A program made the translations under genes and the position numbers. This document shows, piece after piece, positions 29,186 to 39,262 of a stretch of DNA of 64,000 nt. Source of the stretch: Vicinamibacteria bacterium (lineage in GTDB: Bacteria > Acidobacteriota > Vicinamibacteria > Marinacidobacterales > Marinacidobacteraceae); contig CAXXLQ010000004.1 of NCBI GenBank assembly GCA_963668695.2, forward strand, positions 928,001 through 992,000, in the 5' to 3' direction. Each line of letters starts with the position of its first letter. The stretch's first letter is position 1. The notes under the pieces are model-generated. The model did no database searches, was not told the origin of the DNA, and saw only the letters and a list, made by a program, of their open reading frames with translations.

Positions 29186-29895
29186 CGACTCACCAGAGAA
29201 AAACGACTTTCGCCGGCGCGGGGGCGCTCCTGGGGTGCCTCGCGCTGCTCGGCGCCTGTGGCGGATCCGAAACGGCGGAGGCGCCCGCCCCGGCGCCTGT
29301 TGCGGCGCCTGTTGCGGCGGAAGCGGAAGCCGAGAGCGGCGCGGCGGTCCTCAACCCGAATCTCGGCGGGACCGACGAACTCGGCGCCCTGCCCGGAATG
29401 ACCCAGGAACTGGTCGAAGCCATCTTGGAGCAGCGTCCCTTCCTCGGGATGGAAGCGCTGCACCCGGTGGTCGCCGGCCACCTGACCCCGGAGGAGGCCG
29501 AGGCGCTCTACGTCGGGATGTTCCTTTCCATCGACCTGAACACCGCCAGCAGCGAGGAAATCCACCTCGTGCCCGGCGTGGGTGACCGGATGACCCATGA
29601 GTTCGAGGAGTACCGCCCGTACACCGCGATGGCGCAGTGGCGCCGGGAGATGGGCAAGTACGTGGACGACGAAGAGGTCGCCCGGATGGAGCAGTACGTC
29701 TTCGTTCCGATTGACCTGAACACCGCCACCCGGGAGGAAATCCTCGATGTCCCCGGTGTCGGCGAGCGGATGGCGCACGAGTTCGAGGAGTACCGCCCGT
29801 ACACCAGCCTCGAGCAATTCCGGCGCGAAATCGGCAAGTACGTGGACGACGAAGAGGTCGCCCGCCTGGAGCGCTACGTAGAGATCCGCCCGTAG
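29182..29895 (+). CDS. Lipoprotein with repeated helix-hairpin-helix (ComEA-like) modules
   Basis: LGAC lipobox; IDLNTAxxEEIxxVPGVGxRMxHEFEEYRPY repeated twice plus one degenerate copy. Confidence 0.8.
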   Translation: MTTHQRKTTFAGAGALLGCLALLGACGGSETAEAPAPAPVAAPVAAEAEAESGAAVLNPNLGGTDELGALPGMTQELVEAILEQRPFLGMEALHPVVAGHLTPEEAEALYVGMFLSIDLNTASSEEIHLVPGVGDRMTHEFEEYRPYTAMAQWRREMGKYVDDEEVARMEQYVFVPIDLNTATREEILDVPGVGERMAHEFEEYRPYTSLEQFRREIGKYVDDEEVARLERYVEIRP

Positions 29896-29910
29896 GAGCG
29901 CGCGGCACGC

Positions 29911-31068
29911 TCAAAGCAACTCGTCCGACCAGAGTCGTTCCAGAAACTCCCGCCACGGCAGGATCCAGAGCCCGTCGCTCGTGCGCCGGGGAGCGGCCTC
30001 GTTGCAGACGAGAAGGGCGTGGCGCGGCCGATGTTCCTCGGCGTACGCCCGCAACCCCGACAGGTCCCGTGTCGGAACATCGGACTTTGCTTTGACCTCG
30101 ACCGCAACCTCGCCCTCGGGGCCGAGCACGAAGTCGCACTCCAGGCCCGTCTTCGTGCGCCAGAAGCGGATCGGGAAGTCCCGCTCCCGATAGCTGCGGT
30201 ACGCGAGCAGTTCCATCAGCACGAAGTGCTCGAGAGCTCGGCCAAAGTCCGGCCCGGTGGTGGCTTCCAGCCGGCGGCGGGTCACGTACCCCGCGAGCCC
30301 CACATCGAACAGATAGAACTTCGGTATCCGGGTCAGGATCGCACGTGAGCGCCGGCGAGCGAACGGCTCCACGAAGACCCCGAGCAGCGTGTCCACCAGA
30401 ATCTGGAAGTACTCGCGGACGGTCTTGGAGTCCACTCCGCAATCCCGGGCGATGTTGCTGAAGTTGATGAGTTCGCCGTGCGAGAACGCGAGCGCCTCGA
30501 AAAACCGTGAGAAAGCGGGGGCGTTTCGGGTGAGCCCCTCCGCGAAGACTTCCTCCTTGAGGTAGTCATCCACGTACCCGGCCAGGGCTCGCCGTGGGTG
30601 TCCGCCGTCGTAGTGCTGAGGGATGAGGCCGTGGTTGAGAGCGCGCAGTAGATCGAAATCCGGGATCTCGGTCCGGGTCAGCGGATGGAGGGCGAAGCGC
30701 CATGCTCGACCGCCAAGCAGGTTCGCACGACCGCGCTTCAGCTTCCGGGCGCTGGATCCGCACAGGACAAAGCGAAACCCCTCGCTCTCGATGAGGCGGT
30801 GCACTTCGTCCAGAAGCGCCGGGACCTTCTGGACCTCGTCAATGATGATGGGATGAGCGCGCGTTGAGGCATCGAGCGCCCGCACTCTTTCCGCGAACGT
30901 CCACGGCGCCCGGGTGAACTCCAGGAGAAGCCGGGTGTCGAGGAGGTCAAAGCGTGCCGAGCGCGCGAATTGCTGCCGGAGCAGGGTGGACTTCCCGGTC
31001 TTCCGCGGCCCCCAGAGGAAGGCGGACTGGCCGGACGGGAGTTCGATCCCGAGCGTGCGTGGATACAT
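29911..31068 (-). CDS. AAA+ ATPase (AAA_14) with DUF4143 domain
   Basis: GPRKTGKST, IDEVQK, CGSSARKL, PKFYLFDVG, FWRTKTGLECDFV, VEVK. Confidence 0.92.
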   Translation of the reverse strand: MYPRTLGIELPSGQSAFLWGPRKTGKSTLLRQQFARSARFDLLDTRLLLEFTRAPWTFAERVRALDASTRAHPIIIDEVQKVPALLDEVHRLIESEGFRFVLCGSSARKLKRGRANLLGGRAWRFALHPLTRTEIPDFDLLRALNHGLIPQHYDGGHPRRALAGYVDDYLKEEVFAEGLTRNAPAFSRFFEALAFSHGELINFSNIARDCGVDSKTVREYFQILVDTLLGVFVEPFARRRSRAILTRIPKFYLFDVGLAGYVTRRRLEATTGPDFGRALEHFVLMELLAYRSYRERDFPIRFWRTKTGLECDFVLGPEGEVAVEVKAKSDVPTRDLSGLRAYAEEHRPRHALLVCNEAAPRRTSDGLWILPWREFLERLWSDELL

Positions 31069-31074
31069 GACTAT

Positions 31075-31122
31075 TTCGGAGTATATTCCGAACTAGTCAG
31101 CCTAACTCGGAATATATTCCGA
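31075..31122. promoter_or_regulatory. Twin palindromic operators upstream of the AAA-DUF4143 gene
   Basis: TTCGGAGTATATTCCGAA (31075-31092) and TCGGAATATATTCCGA (31107-31122). Confidence 0.7.
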
Positions 31123-31154
31123 ATCGGCTATGCCCTGACGCTTCTGGAAGCTGA

Positions 31155-32087
31155 TCAGGAGGCCTGTCGGAATTCCCGGTAGCGAAGGTTCAGCCGATCG
31201 GGATCGGGGTGGTCCGCCGCGCGCCGCGGCCGGTGGATTCGCGTCTCGTGGAGTCCCTGCAACCCGTGCCGCAGCATCGGCCCGTCCTTTTCGAGCAGCA
31301 GGTCGGGCCGGACATGGATGACGCCCTTCGGGGTTACGCCGAGAAACATCTCGTCAAAGGCCGCGTGATGAAGCTTGCACAGCGAGAGTCCGTTCGGCAC
31401 TACGGGGTCTCCCGCCGGATCGCGGTCGGGGACGATGTGCGCGGCATCCAGAAGCGGCTCGTGCCTCAGACGGCAAAAGGCGCAGCGATGCTGGTAGGCC
31501 CGTAGCACCCGATGCCGGAAAACCCGCTGGTGGATGCGTGTCAAAGTGGTGTGCGTCGTGTAGCGCCGTTCAAGCTCACGATCCCCGGCAGCGGCCACGC
31601 CGATTCCCGCCGCCTCGGCGGCCAGCCGATCCTCGGCAAAGGCCGGGTTGTCCACGGCGACCGCGAAAGTGAGGCCGGGCGGATCGTCGCCGACGATGAA
31701 AGCTGGCCAGGCGGGCAGATAACGCCCCGGGCGGATGCCGTGAAAGTAGATGACCGGCCGCTGCGCCGCCATGATCCGGCGTAGGCCCACGTTGTCGGCG
31801 TGGCGGGGATCCTGTCCGAAGTACCGGTAGTCGAGCAGTTGCTTCTCCCGGTCGAAGGTGTCCCGGTATGGGTTTTCCGGTGAGGTCCTGATGGAGAGCG
31901 GCATCTCCATCTGCCTCGGCTTCCAGATTCCGCGCTGGTTGACCAGCGCGATACGCGCACCCCGGAACGCGAATCCATGGATCAGTGCGCTCCATTCGAG
32001 TTCCGCGCCACGTTGTTCGGTCTGCTCCCGCAGCCAATCCGCCGCCGCCAACCGGATCGCGTGATCGTCGAACGATGCTGGAACCAA
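31155..32087 (-). CDS. HNH endonuclease (putative restriction nuclease)
   Basis: RIHQRVFR, CAFC, LDAAHIVPD, NGLSLCKLHHAAFD. Confidence 0.9.
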   Translation of the reverse strand: MVPASFDDHAIRLAAADWLREQTEQRGAELEWSALIHGFAFRGARIALVNQRGIWKPRQMEMPLSIRTSPENPYRDTFDREKQLLDYRYFGQDPRHADNVGLRRIMAAQRPVIYFHGIRPGRYLPAWPAFIVGDDPPGLTFAVAVDNPAFAEDRLAAEAAGIGVAAAGDRELERRYTTHTTLTRIHQRVFRHRVLRAYQHRCAFCRLRHEPLLDAAHIVPDRDPAGDPVVPNGLSLCKLHHAAFDEMFLGVTPKGVIHVRPDLLLEKDGPMLRHGLQGLHETRIHRPRRAADHPDPDRLNLRYREFRQAS

Positions 32088-32282
32088 CTAAACCTCGATC
32101 GAGGGTTGCGGATCAGGCTGCTGAGCCCGGGGGCAGCCGTCGCAGGCGTCTCCGACCGGACCTTCAACACCGCACCGTCTCAGCACGCAGCGGCCCTTCA
32201 GGAGCGAGCCGAGTCCGAGCAGGAAGATCGAGAGCGCGACTACCGCAAGGGAGAGGAGGACGACTACGAGCGCTTGAAACAT
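32088..32282 (-). CDS. nqrM: NqrM-like Na+-NQR maturation factor
   Basis: Single TM helix followed by a Cys cluster (RCVLRRCG...CDGCP); same strand as and downstream of nqr-apbE. Confidence 0.6.
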   Translation of the reverse strand: MFQALVVVLLSLAVVALSIFLLGLGSLLKGRCVLRRCGVEGPVGDACDGCPRAQQPDPQPSIEV

Positions 32283-32382
32283 CCGCGGCTCATCCTACCG
32301 CCGGCCGGCGCGTGGGATTCGGGATTCGCCTCCACGGACATGGATTGAAGCTGTCAGACACCCGCGGCCGATGCAGAATGAC

Positions 32383-32411
32383 TTGATAGGTCATGATCCA
32401 AAGACCATAAT
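32383..32411 (+). promoter_or_regulatory. Sigma70-like promoter of the TA operon; probably leaderless
   Basis: TTGATA-17bp-CATAAT, ATG 6 nt downstream; GGTC/GACC half-sites in the spacer. Confidence 0.6.
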
Positions 32412-32417
32412 GGACCC

Positions 32418-32699
32418 ATGCAGACCGCGTCCGTTTCCGAACTCAAGGCGAACCTCTCCCGATATCTGCGCGAAGTGCGGCGCGGGGGTGAAATTCAAAT
32501 CCTCAGTCGGGGCACTCCGATTGCGCGACTCATCCCGTTAGCGGAGAGTCAGGATGACGACCGGCAGCGGCTGATCGCGGCGGGAATTCTGAGACCGGGG
32601 AAAGGGACCGGCAGGGTGTTTCTGGAGAGACCGCCCTTGAAGGTGCCAGGGGTGAATCTCTCGGGAGCCCTTCAGGAGGATCGTGAGGATCGGGTGTGA
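32418..32699 (+). CDS. Phd/YefM-family antitoxin
   Basis: SVSELKANLSRYLREVRRG...RGTPIARLIP. Confidence 0.92.
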   Translation: MQTASVSELKANLSRYLREVRRGGEIQILSRGTPIARLIPLAESQDDDRQRLIAAGILRPGKGTGRVFLERPPLKVPGVNLSGALQEDREDRV

Positions 32700-33127
32700 G
32701 GTACTGGGACACTTCGGCGCTCGTCCCGCTCATCCTTGAGGAAGGGTCCACGACACGGGTGCGGCGGTGGCTCGACGACGACGATCACGTCGTCACCTGG
32801 GTCTGGACGCGAGCGGAGATCATCAGCGCTATCGAGCGCCGGGTCAGGGAGAGCCTCCTGTCTCGGGAACAGCGGCGGGCCGCACTGGACGGCGTGGACA
32901 GCTTGGCGGGTCAATGGGATGAAGTAACCGAAGTCCTCGCCGTTCGGTCCCGCGCGACTTCCCTTCTCGCCCGCCACCCGCTGCGCGCCGCCGATGCCGG
33001 GCAGCTTGGCGCCGCTTTGCTGGCGCAGAGTCAGAGCGCCGGCCAGCTCACGTTCGTCTGTCTGGACCAGAACCTTTCAACCGCGGCGGAACGCGAAGGG
33101 TTTCGCGTGCTCGATACCGCGAGCTGA
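32696..33127 (+). CDS. VapC PIN-domain toxin
   Basis: YWDTSALVPL, LRAADAGQL, FVCLD, AAEREG. Confidence 0.92.
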   Translation: MRYWDTSALVPLILEEGSTTRVRRWLDDDDHVVTWVWTRAEIISAIERRVRESLLSREQRRAALDGVDSLAGQWDEVTEVLAVRSRATSLLARHPLRAADAGQLGAALLAQSQSAGQLTFVCLDQNLSTAAEREGFRVLDTAS

Positions 33128-33167
33128 TCGGAAGCCGTGCCTCGGCGCGGGACCGGGGCCTGACTCT

Positions 33168-34274
33168 TCACTCGGTCGGACTCCGGACCGCGGCGCCGAA
33201 GGCAGTGGAAGTGGTTTCCTCGACAGTTCCTTCCGGGTTCGCGGTGAGGAAGAGCGCCGCGAGACCGCGGGCTTCGGCGAGTTCGAGTCCCGCGTCGGGG
33301 CCGAGGACGTAGAGCGCCGTAGCCCAGGCGTCGGCATCAACGCACGAGTCCGCAAGCACCGTGACCGAGCCGGTCCGCCGTTCGACCGGGCGGCCGGTGC
33401 GGGGATCCAGGATGTGGGTCCAGAACCGATCCTCCTCGCCGTCGGCGGCGCGGAAATCCCGGTAGCCGCCGGAGGTCGCCATTCCGAGGTCGCGTAGCGG
33501 AAACGACCGGTGGACCCGGGTGGCCAGGCCGCCGGAAGGGTTCTGGACGCCCGCCGTCCATTCGCCCTGCGCCTGAATCTCGCCCCCGACCTCAACGAGA
33601 TGTTCCGTAAACCCCAGTTCGGTGAGCGCAGCGGAAACCCGGTCCACCGCGTAGCCCTTGGCGATTCCGGAGAGATCCATTTCGATATCCGGAATCTGTC
33701 GATGGAGGACGGCGCGCCCGCCGGGTTCGCGTTCGACAAAGAGCAGGCCGCTGCCGACCAGGGAACGGATAGCCTCGAACTCCGCGGAGTTGGGCGCCGG
33801 CTGATCGGGATCCCCGCCGGGACCGAAACCGAAGAGCCGGAGCAGCGGCCCGACGGTGATGTCGAAGGCGCCGCTGGATTCGTCGTGGACGCGAAGCGCC
33901 GATTCGAGAACCAGCGCCAGGGGATCGGAGATCGGCAACGGGCCGGTTTCTTTTGATGCGTTCAGACGGGAGAGTTCGGAATCGGGACGCCAGTTGGACA
34001 TGCTGCGATCCACGGCGTCGAGTTCGGCCTCGATGGCGGCGCGGACGGCGTCGGCGTTTGTTTCGGGGCCGCGGATCTGGACGGTCCAACGGGTACCGAA
34101 GGCTTCGCCGTCGAGGGTCCAGGATGGGGTGGGGGGTGGCGGCGTGCAGGAGGCGGCCCAGGTCAGGGCTGTGAGCGCGAGCAGCGCTTCGGGTTTCGCC
34201 CGCCTCCGGCGGGCGGTGCCGGTCTGAAGGCCCCCACCGGGAGAACTGGCGGCGTTCCCTAATCGCAGCGCCAT
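33168..34274 (-). CDS. apbE: FAD:protein FMN transferase ApbE
   Basis: FDITVGPL, DLSGIAKGYAVD, VEVGGE, ATSGGY, HILDPRTG, ADAWATAL; lipobox WAASC; start uncertain. Confidence 0.92.
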   Translation of the reverse strand: MALRLGNAASSPGGGLQTGTARRRRAKPEALLALTALTWAASCTPPPPTPSWTLDGEAFGTRWTVQIRGPETNADAVRAAIEAELDAVDRSMSNWRPDSELSRLNASKETGPLPISDPLALVLESALRVHDESSGAFDITVGPLLRLFGFGPGGDPDQPAPNSAEFEAIRSLVGSGLLFVEREPGGRAVLHRQIPDIEMDLSGIAKGYAVDRVSAALTELGFTEHLVEVGGEIQAQGEWTAGVQNPSGGLATRVHRSFPLRDLGMATSGGYRDFRAADGEEDRFWTHILDPRTGRPVERRTGSVTVLADSCVDADAWATALYVLGPDAGLELAEARGLAALFLTANPEGTVEETTSTAFGAAVRSPTE

Positions 34275-34461
34275 GCCGTCTACCGACACAGCCCCCTCCG
34301 CTGTCGCGCGCGCTTCACGCCGCTCAGCATCGTGCGTTCTCGCGGCCCTCCGGGCCGCAGTGCCGGCCCCCACCGGGAGACTGGCCGGAGGTCGGCGTTC
34401 CCTTGCCTTCGCGCCGTGATGCCGACCGAAGACCGCCGGCCCCTTCCCGGCCCGGGCCGCA

Positions 34462-35691
34462 TCAGCCGAAGTCGTCGAAGGCGATGTTTTCCGGCTCCAC
34501 GCCGAGGCTGTCGAGCATCTGGAGGCAGGCCTTGAGCATGAGCGGCGGGCCGCAGAGGTAGTACTCGGCGTCTTCGGGGCTCGGGTGGTCCTTCAGGTAG
34601 TGGTCGTAGAGGACCTGGTGGATGAAGCCGGTGTAGCCGGCCCAGTTGTCCTCGGGGAGGGGCTCGGATAGCGCCAGTTTCCAGTCGAAGTTGGGATTCT
34701 CGGCGGCGATCGCGTCGAAGTCGTCCTGGTAGAAGGCTTCCCGGAGGCTCCGGGCGCCGTACCAGAAGGACACCCGGCGGTTCGTCCGGAGCCGCCGGAA
34801 CTGGTCGAAGATGTGGGAGCGCATCGGCGCCATGCCGGCCCCGCCGCCGACAAAGACCATTTCGTGGTCGGTCTCCTTGGCGAAGAACTCGCCGAAGGGG
34901 CCCGAAATCGTCACCTCATCCCCCGGTTTCAGCCCGAAGAGCCAGGACGTCATCTTGCCGGGCGGGACATCGGGCATCCGGGGCGGCGGCGAGGCGATCC
35001 GCACGTTCAGCAGGATGATGCCCCGCTCCTCGGGATAGTTCGCCATCGAGTAGGCGCGCACCACCTCCTCCCCATCGGCCACCGAAGCGGTGTACTTCCA
35101 CATGTTGAAGCGGTCCCAGTCGTCCCGGTACTCCTCCTCGATCTCGAAATCCCGGTAACGGAACTCGTACGGCGGGCAATCGATCTGGATGTAGCCGCCG
35201 GCGCGGAAGGGCACGGCCTCTCCCGGCGGCAGCTCGAGCACCAGTTCCTTGATGAAGGTCGCCACGTTGTGGTTCGAGCGGACCCGGCATTTCCACTGCC
35301 GCACGCTGAAGAGTTCGGCCGGGATCTCGATTTTCAGATCCTGCTTCACCCGGACCTGGCAGGAGAGCCGGACGCCCTCGCGCTCCTCTCCGCGGGTGAG
35401 GTGGCTGCGCTCGGTCGGAAGGACGGCGCCGCCCCCGTCGAGCACCTTCAGGGTGCATACCCCGCAACTCCCCTTCCCGCCGCAGGCGGAGGGGATGAAG
35501 AGCTGCTGCGCCGCGAGGGTGCCGAGCAGCGTGCCCCCCGCCGGCGTGCAGATGTCGTGCTCCGGATCGTCGTTGATCCGGATCGTCACCTCCCCGGTGG
35601 CCACCAGGCGCTTTCGCGCGTAGAGGAGCGCGACCACCAGCGCCAGGATGACCCCGGTGAAGCCGGCAACCCCGAGGAGGACGGTGGTCAT
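34462..35691 (-). CDS. nqrF: Na+-translocating NADH:quinone reductase subunit F
   Basis: [39 protein letters not shown], terminal FDDFG. Confidence 0.97.
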   Translation of the reverse strand: MTTVLLGVAGFTGVILALVVALLYARKRLVATGEVTIRINDDPEHDICTPAGGTLLGTLAAQQLFIPSACGGKGSCGVCTLKVLDGGGAVLPTERSHLTRGEEREGVRLSCQVRVKQDLKIEIPAELFSVRQWKCRVRSNHNVATFIKELVLELPPGEAVPFRAGGYIQIDCPPYEFRYRDFEIEEEYRDDWDRFNMWKYTASVADGEEVVRAYSMANYPEERGIILLNVRIASPPPRMPDVPPGKMTSWLFGLKPGDEVTISGPFGEFFAKETDHEMVFVGGGAGMAPMRSHIFDQFRRLRTNRRVSFWYGARSLREAFYQDDFDAIAAENPNFDWKLALSEPLPEDNWAGYTGFIHQVLYDHYLKDHPSPEDAEYYLCGPPLMLKACLQMLDSLGVEPENIAFDDFG

Positions 35692-35697
35692 GGACGA

Positions 35698-36318
35698 CTA
35701 CAACTGGATGCCGCCGAAGGCCATGAAACCGATGGCCATCAGCCCGGTGAGCAGGAAGGTGATGCCGAGCCCGCGCAGCCCGGCCGGAATGTGGTGGTAC
35801 CGCAGTCGCTCCCGGATCCCGGCCAGCGCGGCGATCGCGAGCGCCCAGCCGAGGCCGGACCCGAACCCGAACACCGCCGCTTCCGGCAGGGTGAGACCGC
35901 GCTCCACCATCAGCAGCGACGCGCCGAGGATCGCGCAGTTGACCGCGATGAGCGGCAGGAAAACCCCGAGGGCGGCGTGGAGGATCGGAAAGAAGCGGTC
36001 GAGCGCCATTTCGACCACCTGGACGGTGGCCGCGATCGTCCCGATGAAGGTGAGGAAGCGGAGGAACGACAGGTCCTGGCCCGACAGCGAGGCGTGCGCC
36101 CAGCCGAGAGCTCCGGGACGGAGCAGATAGTCGTTGATGGCGTGGTTCAGGGGAACCGTGACCGTGAGGACGAAGACCACCGCCGCCCCGAGGCCGATGG
36201 CGGTGCTGACCCGCTTCGAGACGGCGAGGAACGAGCACATCCCCAGGAAGAAGGTCAGCGCCATGTTCTCGACGAAGATCGCCTTGATCGCGATGTTCAG
36301 ATAGTCCTGAAGCATCAC
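35698..36318 (-). CDS. nqrE: Na+-NQR subunit E
   Basis: [32 protein letters not shown]. Confidence 0.96.
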   Translation of the reverse strand: MMLQDYLNIAIKAIFVENMALTFFLGMCSFLAVSKRVSTAIGLGAAVVFVLTVTVPLNHAINDYLLRPGALGWAHASLSGQDLSFLRFLTFIGTIAATVQVVEMALDRFFPILHAALGVFLPLIAVNCAILGASLLMVERGLTLPEAAVFGFGSGLGWALAIAALAGIRERLRYHHIPAGLRGLGITFLLTGLMAIGFMAFGGIQL

Positions 36319-36938
36319 TCCGCCTCGTTCTGCTCGGGCCGGAAGGTCCGCAGGCCCCAGATCAGGAAGCCGATCACGAAGAACGCGCCGGGGGACAGGC
36401 TCATCAGCCCGTTGGGGACGAACCAGCCTCCCTCGGAAGCAAGCGGCAGCACCGGGATGCCCCAGAAGGAGCCGGCGCCCAGGATCTCGCGGAACGCTCC
36501 GGTGACGAGCAGGATGGCCGCGTACCCGAGGCCGTTTCCGATCCCGTCGATGAGGCTCCTGAGCGGCGGGTTCTGCATCGCGAACGCCTCCGCGCGGCCC
36601 ATGATGATGCAGTTCGTGATGATGAGACCCACGAAGACGCTGAGCTGCTTCGAGATCTCATAGACATACGCCTTCAGGATCTGGTCGGTGACGATGACCA
36701 GCGAGGCGATGATGGTGAGTTGGACGATGATCCGGATGCTGGTCGGGATCAGGTTCCGCAGCAGACTGATCGACAGATTGGAGAGCCCGGTCACCGCCAC
36801 CACCGCGACGCTCATCACGAACGAGGTCTGCATGCCGGTGGTGACCGCGAGCGCCGAACAGATCCCGAGCACCTGAAGCGCGATCGGGTTGTTTTGGATG
36901 AGCGGATCCATCAGGACCCGCCGCACTTCGGTGGCCAT
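36315..36938 (-). CDS. nqrD: Na+-NQR subunit D
   Basis: [39 protein letters not shown]. Confidence 0.96.
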   Translation of the reverse strand: MATEVRRVLMDPLIQNNPIALQVLGICSALAVTTGMQTSFVMSVAVVAVTGLSNLSISLLRNLIPTSIRIIVQLTIIASLVIVTDQILKAYVYEISKQLSVFVGLIITNCIIMGRAEAFAMQNPPLRSLIDGIGNGLGYAAILLVTGAFREILGAGSFWGIPVLPLASEGGWFVPNGLMSLSPGAFFVIGFLIWGLRTFRPEQNEAE

Positions 36939-36944
36939 ACGCGT

Positions 36945-37727
36945 CTAGTCGCCGGCGGCGCTCAGTCGTTCCCCAAGTCTTTGCAGGAAAGGGCCGAAGC
37001 CATTCTCGGCCAACCAGAAACGGAGCAGATTGGTGACGCCGCGACTGGTCATGGTGGCGCCCGACAGCCCGTCCACCCGGTGCGGGTCCTCGGCCGGCGG
37101 CCCGGCGGCGGCCCGCGCCACCTCGATCACCGGCTCGCCGGAGGGGCCGAACACCCGTCGTCCCGGCCAAAGCGCTTTCCAATTCGGGTTGTCCACCTCC
37201 CCGCCCAGCCCGGGGGTCTCCTTGTGCTCGTAGAAGGTGAGTCCGCGCACCGTGTCGAGATCCGCCTCGAGCGCCAGGTAGCCGTAGAGCACGGACCAGA
37301 GCCCCTGCCCCCGGATCGGCAGCACGACCGCCTCGAGTTGTCCACCTTGTTCGATGAGGTAGACCACCGAGCGTTTCTCCACCCGCCGGACGCGCGCCAG
37401 GTTTTTCGGAACCGGGCGCGAGGAATCCGTGATGCCGGCCTCGACCAGCGGATCCACGCTCGTCGGATCCACCTCGGGAAGCTCGGCGCCGGTTTCGAGA
37501 TCCACCACCACCGCGCGGACCGCCGCGAAGCGCTCGGCCATCGCCGACTCGGAGAGATCCTCGTCGGGAACGGCGAGCCCGGCGGCAAGAAGAACGTTGC
37601 GCTGCCGCTCCCGCTCGGCGTTTGCCGCCTGCAGATCCCGCAGGGCGACCGCCGAGCCCGACACCATCACCGCACAGACGAGGCACACGGCCGCCGCGAA
37701 CCCCAGGATGTAGCGAGCGGTTCTCAC
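36945..37727 (-). CDS. nqrC: Na+-NQR subunit C
   Basis: GLWS, HKETPGLGGEV, VDGLSGATMTS (FMN-Thr). Confidence 0.96.
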   Translation of the reverse strand: MRTARYILGFAAAVCLVCAVMVSGSAVALRDLQAANAERERQRNVLLAAGLAVPDEDLSESAMAERFAAVRAVVVDLETGAELPEVDPTSVDPLVEAGITDSSRPVPKNLARVRRVEKRSVVYLIEQGGQLEAVVLPIRGQGLWSVLYGYLALEADLDTVRGLTFYEHKETPGLGGEVDNPNWKALWPGRRVFGPSGEPVIEVARAAAGPPAEDPHRVDGLSGATMTSRGVTNLLRFWLAENGFGPFLQRLGERLSAAGD

Positions 37728-37760
37728 GAAAACGGCGGAAGGATGTTAGCCCTCGTCCCG

Positions 37761-39053
37761 CTAGCCTGTTTCGCCGCCTGCGGCGGCGATGCCGGTCTGA
37801 AGGCCTCCACCGGGAGAACTGGCGGCGCCCCGGGCCCTCCGGCGGACGTTGCTCCGCAGGGCGAAATGGTCGATGAGCGGCGCGAAGACATTCATCAGCA
37901 GGATGGAGAGCATCATGCCTTCCGGGTAGGCGGGATTCACGACCCGGATCAGCACCACCAACACCCCGATGAGGAAACCGTAGACCACCCGCCCGCCGTT
38001 CGTCGAGGGCGCCGTCACCGGCTCGGTGGCCATGAACACGGCGCCGAAGGCCCACCCGCCCAGCAGGTAGTGCCACCAGAACGGCATTGCGAAAAACGGA
38101 TTGGTATCCGAACCGATCAGGTTCAGGAGGCCGCCCACTACGAAGGTCCCTGCCGCCACCGCCAGCATGATCCGGAGCGAACCGATCCCGGTCGCTACCA
38201 GCACGAGCGCACCGAAGAGGCAGGCGAGCACCGAGGTTTCGCCCATGGAACCGGGCAGCAGACCGATGAAGGCGTCCCACGCCGAGATCCCCGCACCGCC
38301 CGCCGGATGGAACGTCTCTTGAAGCGCCTCCGGACCGATGAGACTGAGCCGCGCGAGCCAGGTCGCCCCGCTGACCGCGTCGGGAGCGGTGTCGGCGGCG
38401 ATCCAGATGCGGTCCCCGCTGAGGTCGCTCGGATAGGCGAAGAACAAAAACGCCCGGGCGGTCAGCGCCGGGTTCAGGATGTTGAAACCGCTGCCTCCGA
38501 AAATCTCCTTGCCCACCACCACGCCGAAGCTGATGCCGAGCGCGACCTGCCAGAGCGGAACGGTGGGCGGCAGGATGAGCGGGAAGAGCATCCCGGTGAC
38601 CAGGAAGCCCTCGCTGACCTCGTGGCGCCGGACCGCCGCGAAGACCACTTCCCAGGCGCCGCCGACGGCGAAGGTGACGATCAGGACCGGCAGGTACCAG
38701 AGGCCGCCATGGACCACCGCAGCGAGCACGCTGTCCGGAGAAAACCCGATGCCGAGGGCCTCGATGACGCCGCTCCGCCACCCCGGAAGGGGCGACGCGC
38801 CGTGGGCGATTGCCAGGTTCGCCTGAAGGCCGGTGTTGTAGAAGGCCATCGCCACCGTGCCGGCGAGGGCCGCCACCACCGTGAACATGAGCCGCTTCAT
38901 GTCGAGGCGGTCGCGGGCGTGCGACGGCCCGGCCGTGGTCTTCCCGGGGGTGTAGAGGAAGGTGTCCTGCGCGTCCCAGAGCGGCCACAGGCGATGGAGC
39001 GGGCCCCCGGCTTCGAAGGGAGCCCCGAGCCGGTCCAGCAGCGAACGCAGCAC
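37761..39053 (-). CDS. nqrB: Na+-NQR subunit B
   Basis: DMKRLM, KEIFGG, NPALTARAFLFFAYP, SGAT, GSMGETS, NPAYPEG. Confidence 0.96.
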   Translation of the reverse strand: MLRSLLDRLGAPFEAGGPLHRLWPLWDAQDTFLYTPGKTTAGPSHARDRLDMKRLMFTVVAALAGTVAMAFYNTGLQANLAIAHGASPLPGWRSGVIEALGIGFSPDSVLAAVVHGGLWYLPVLIVTFAVGGAWEVVFAAVRRHEVSEGFLVTGMLFPLILPPTVPLWQVALGISFGVVVGKEIFGGSGFNILNPALTARAFLFFAYPSDLSGDRIWIAADTAPDAVSGATWLARLSLIGPEALQETFHPAGGAGISAWDAFIGLLPGSMGETSVLACLFGALVLVATGIGSLRIMLAVAAGTFVVGGLLNLIGSDTNPFFAMPFWWHYLLGGWAFGAVFMATEPVTAPSTNGGRVVYGFLIGVLVVLIRVVNPAYPEGMMLSILLMNVFAPLIDHFALRSNVRRRARGAASSPGGGLQTGIAAAGGETG

Positions 39054-39059
39054 CGGACC

Positions 39060-39262
39060 TAACAGCCTGTGGTGGAACCCGGGTGAGCGCCGAGGCTGGC
39101 CAGTCTCCCGGTGGGGGCGAGGCGCCCGGCTGACAAGGCGCGTGAGGGAGGAATACCGGGTGTATTTCGACCGAAACGCAACGCAGAACGCAGCGAAGCG
39201 GAGTGGTTCAGCCGGGATGGATCGCCGGCCGAACGCCGCGCGGGTTTCACCACAGGCTGTTA
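39060..39262. mobile_element. MITE-like element, copy 5, inserted at the nqrA stop codon
   Basis: TAACAGCCTGTGG...CCACAGGCTGTTA with full core. Confidence 0.9.
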
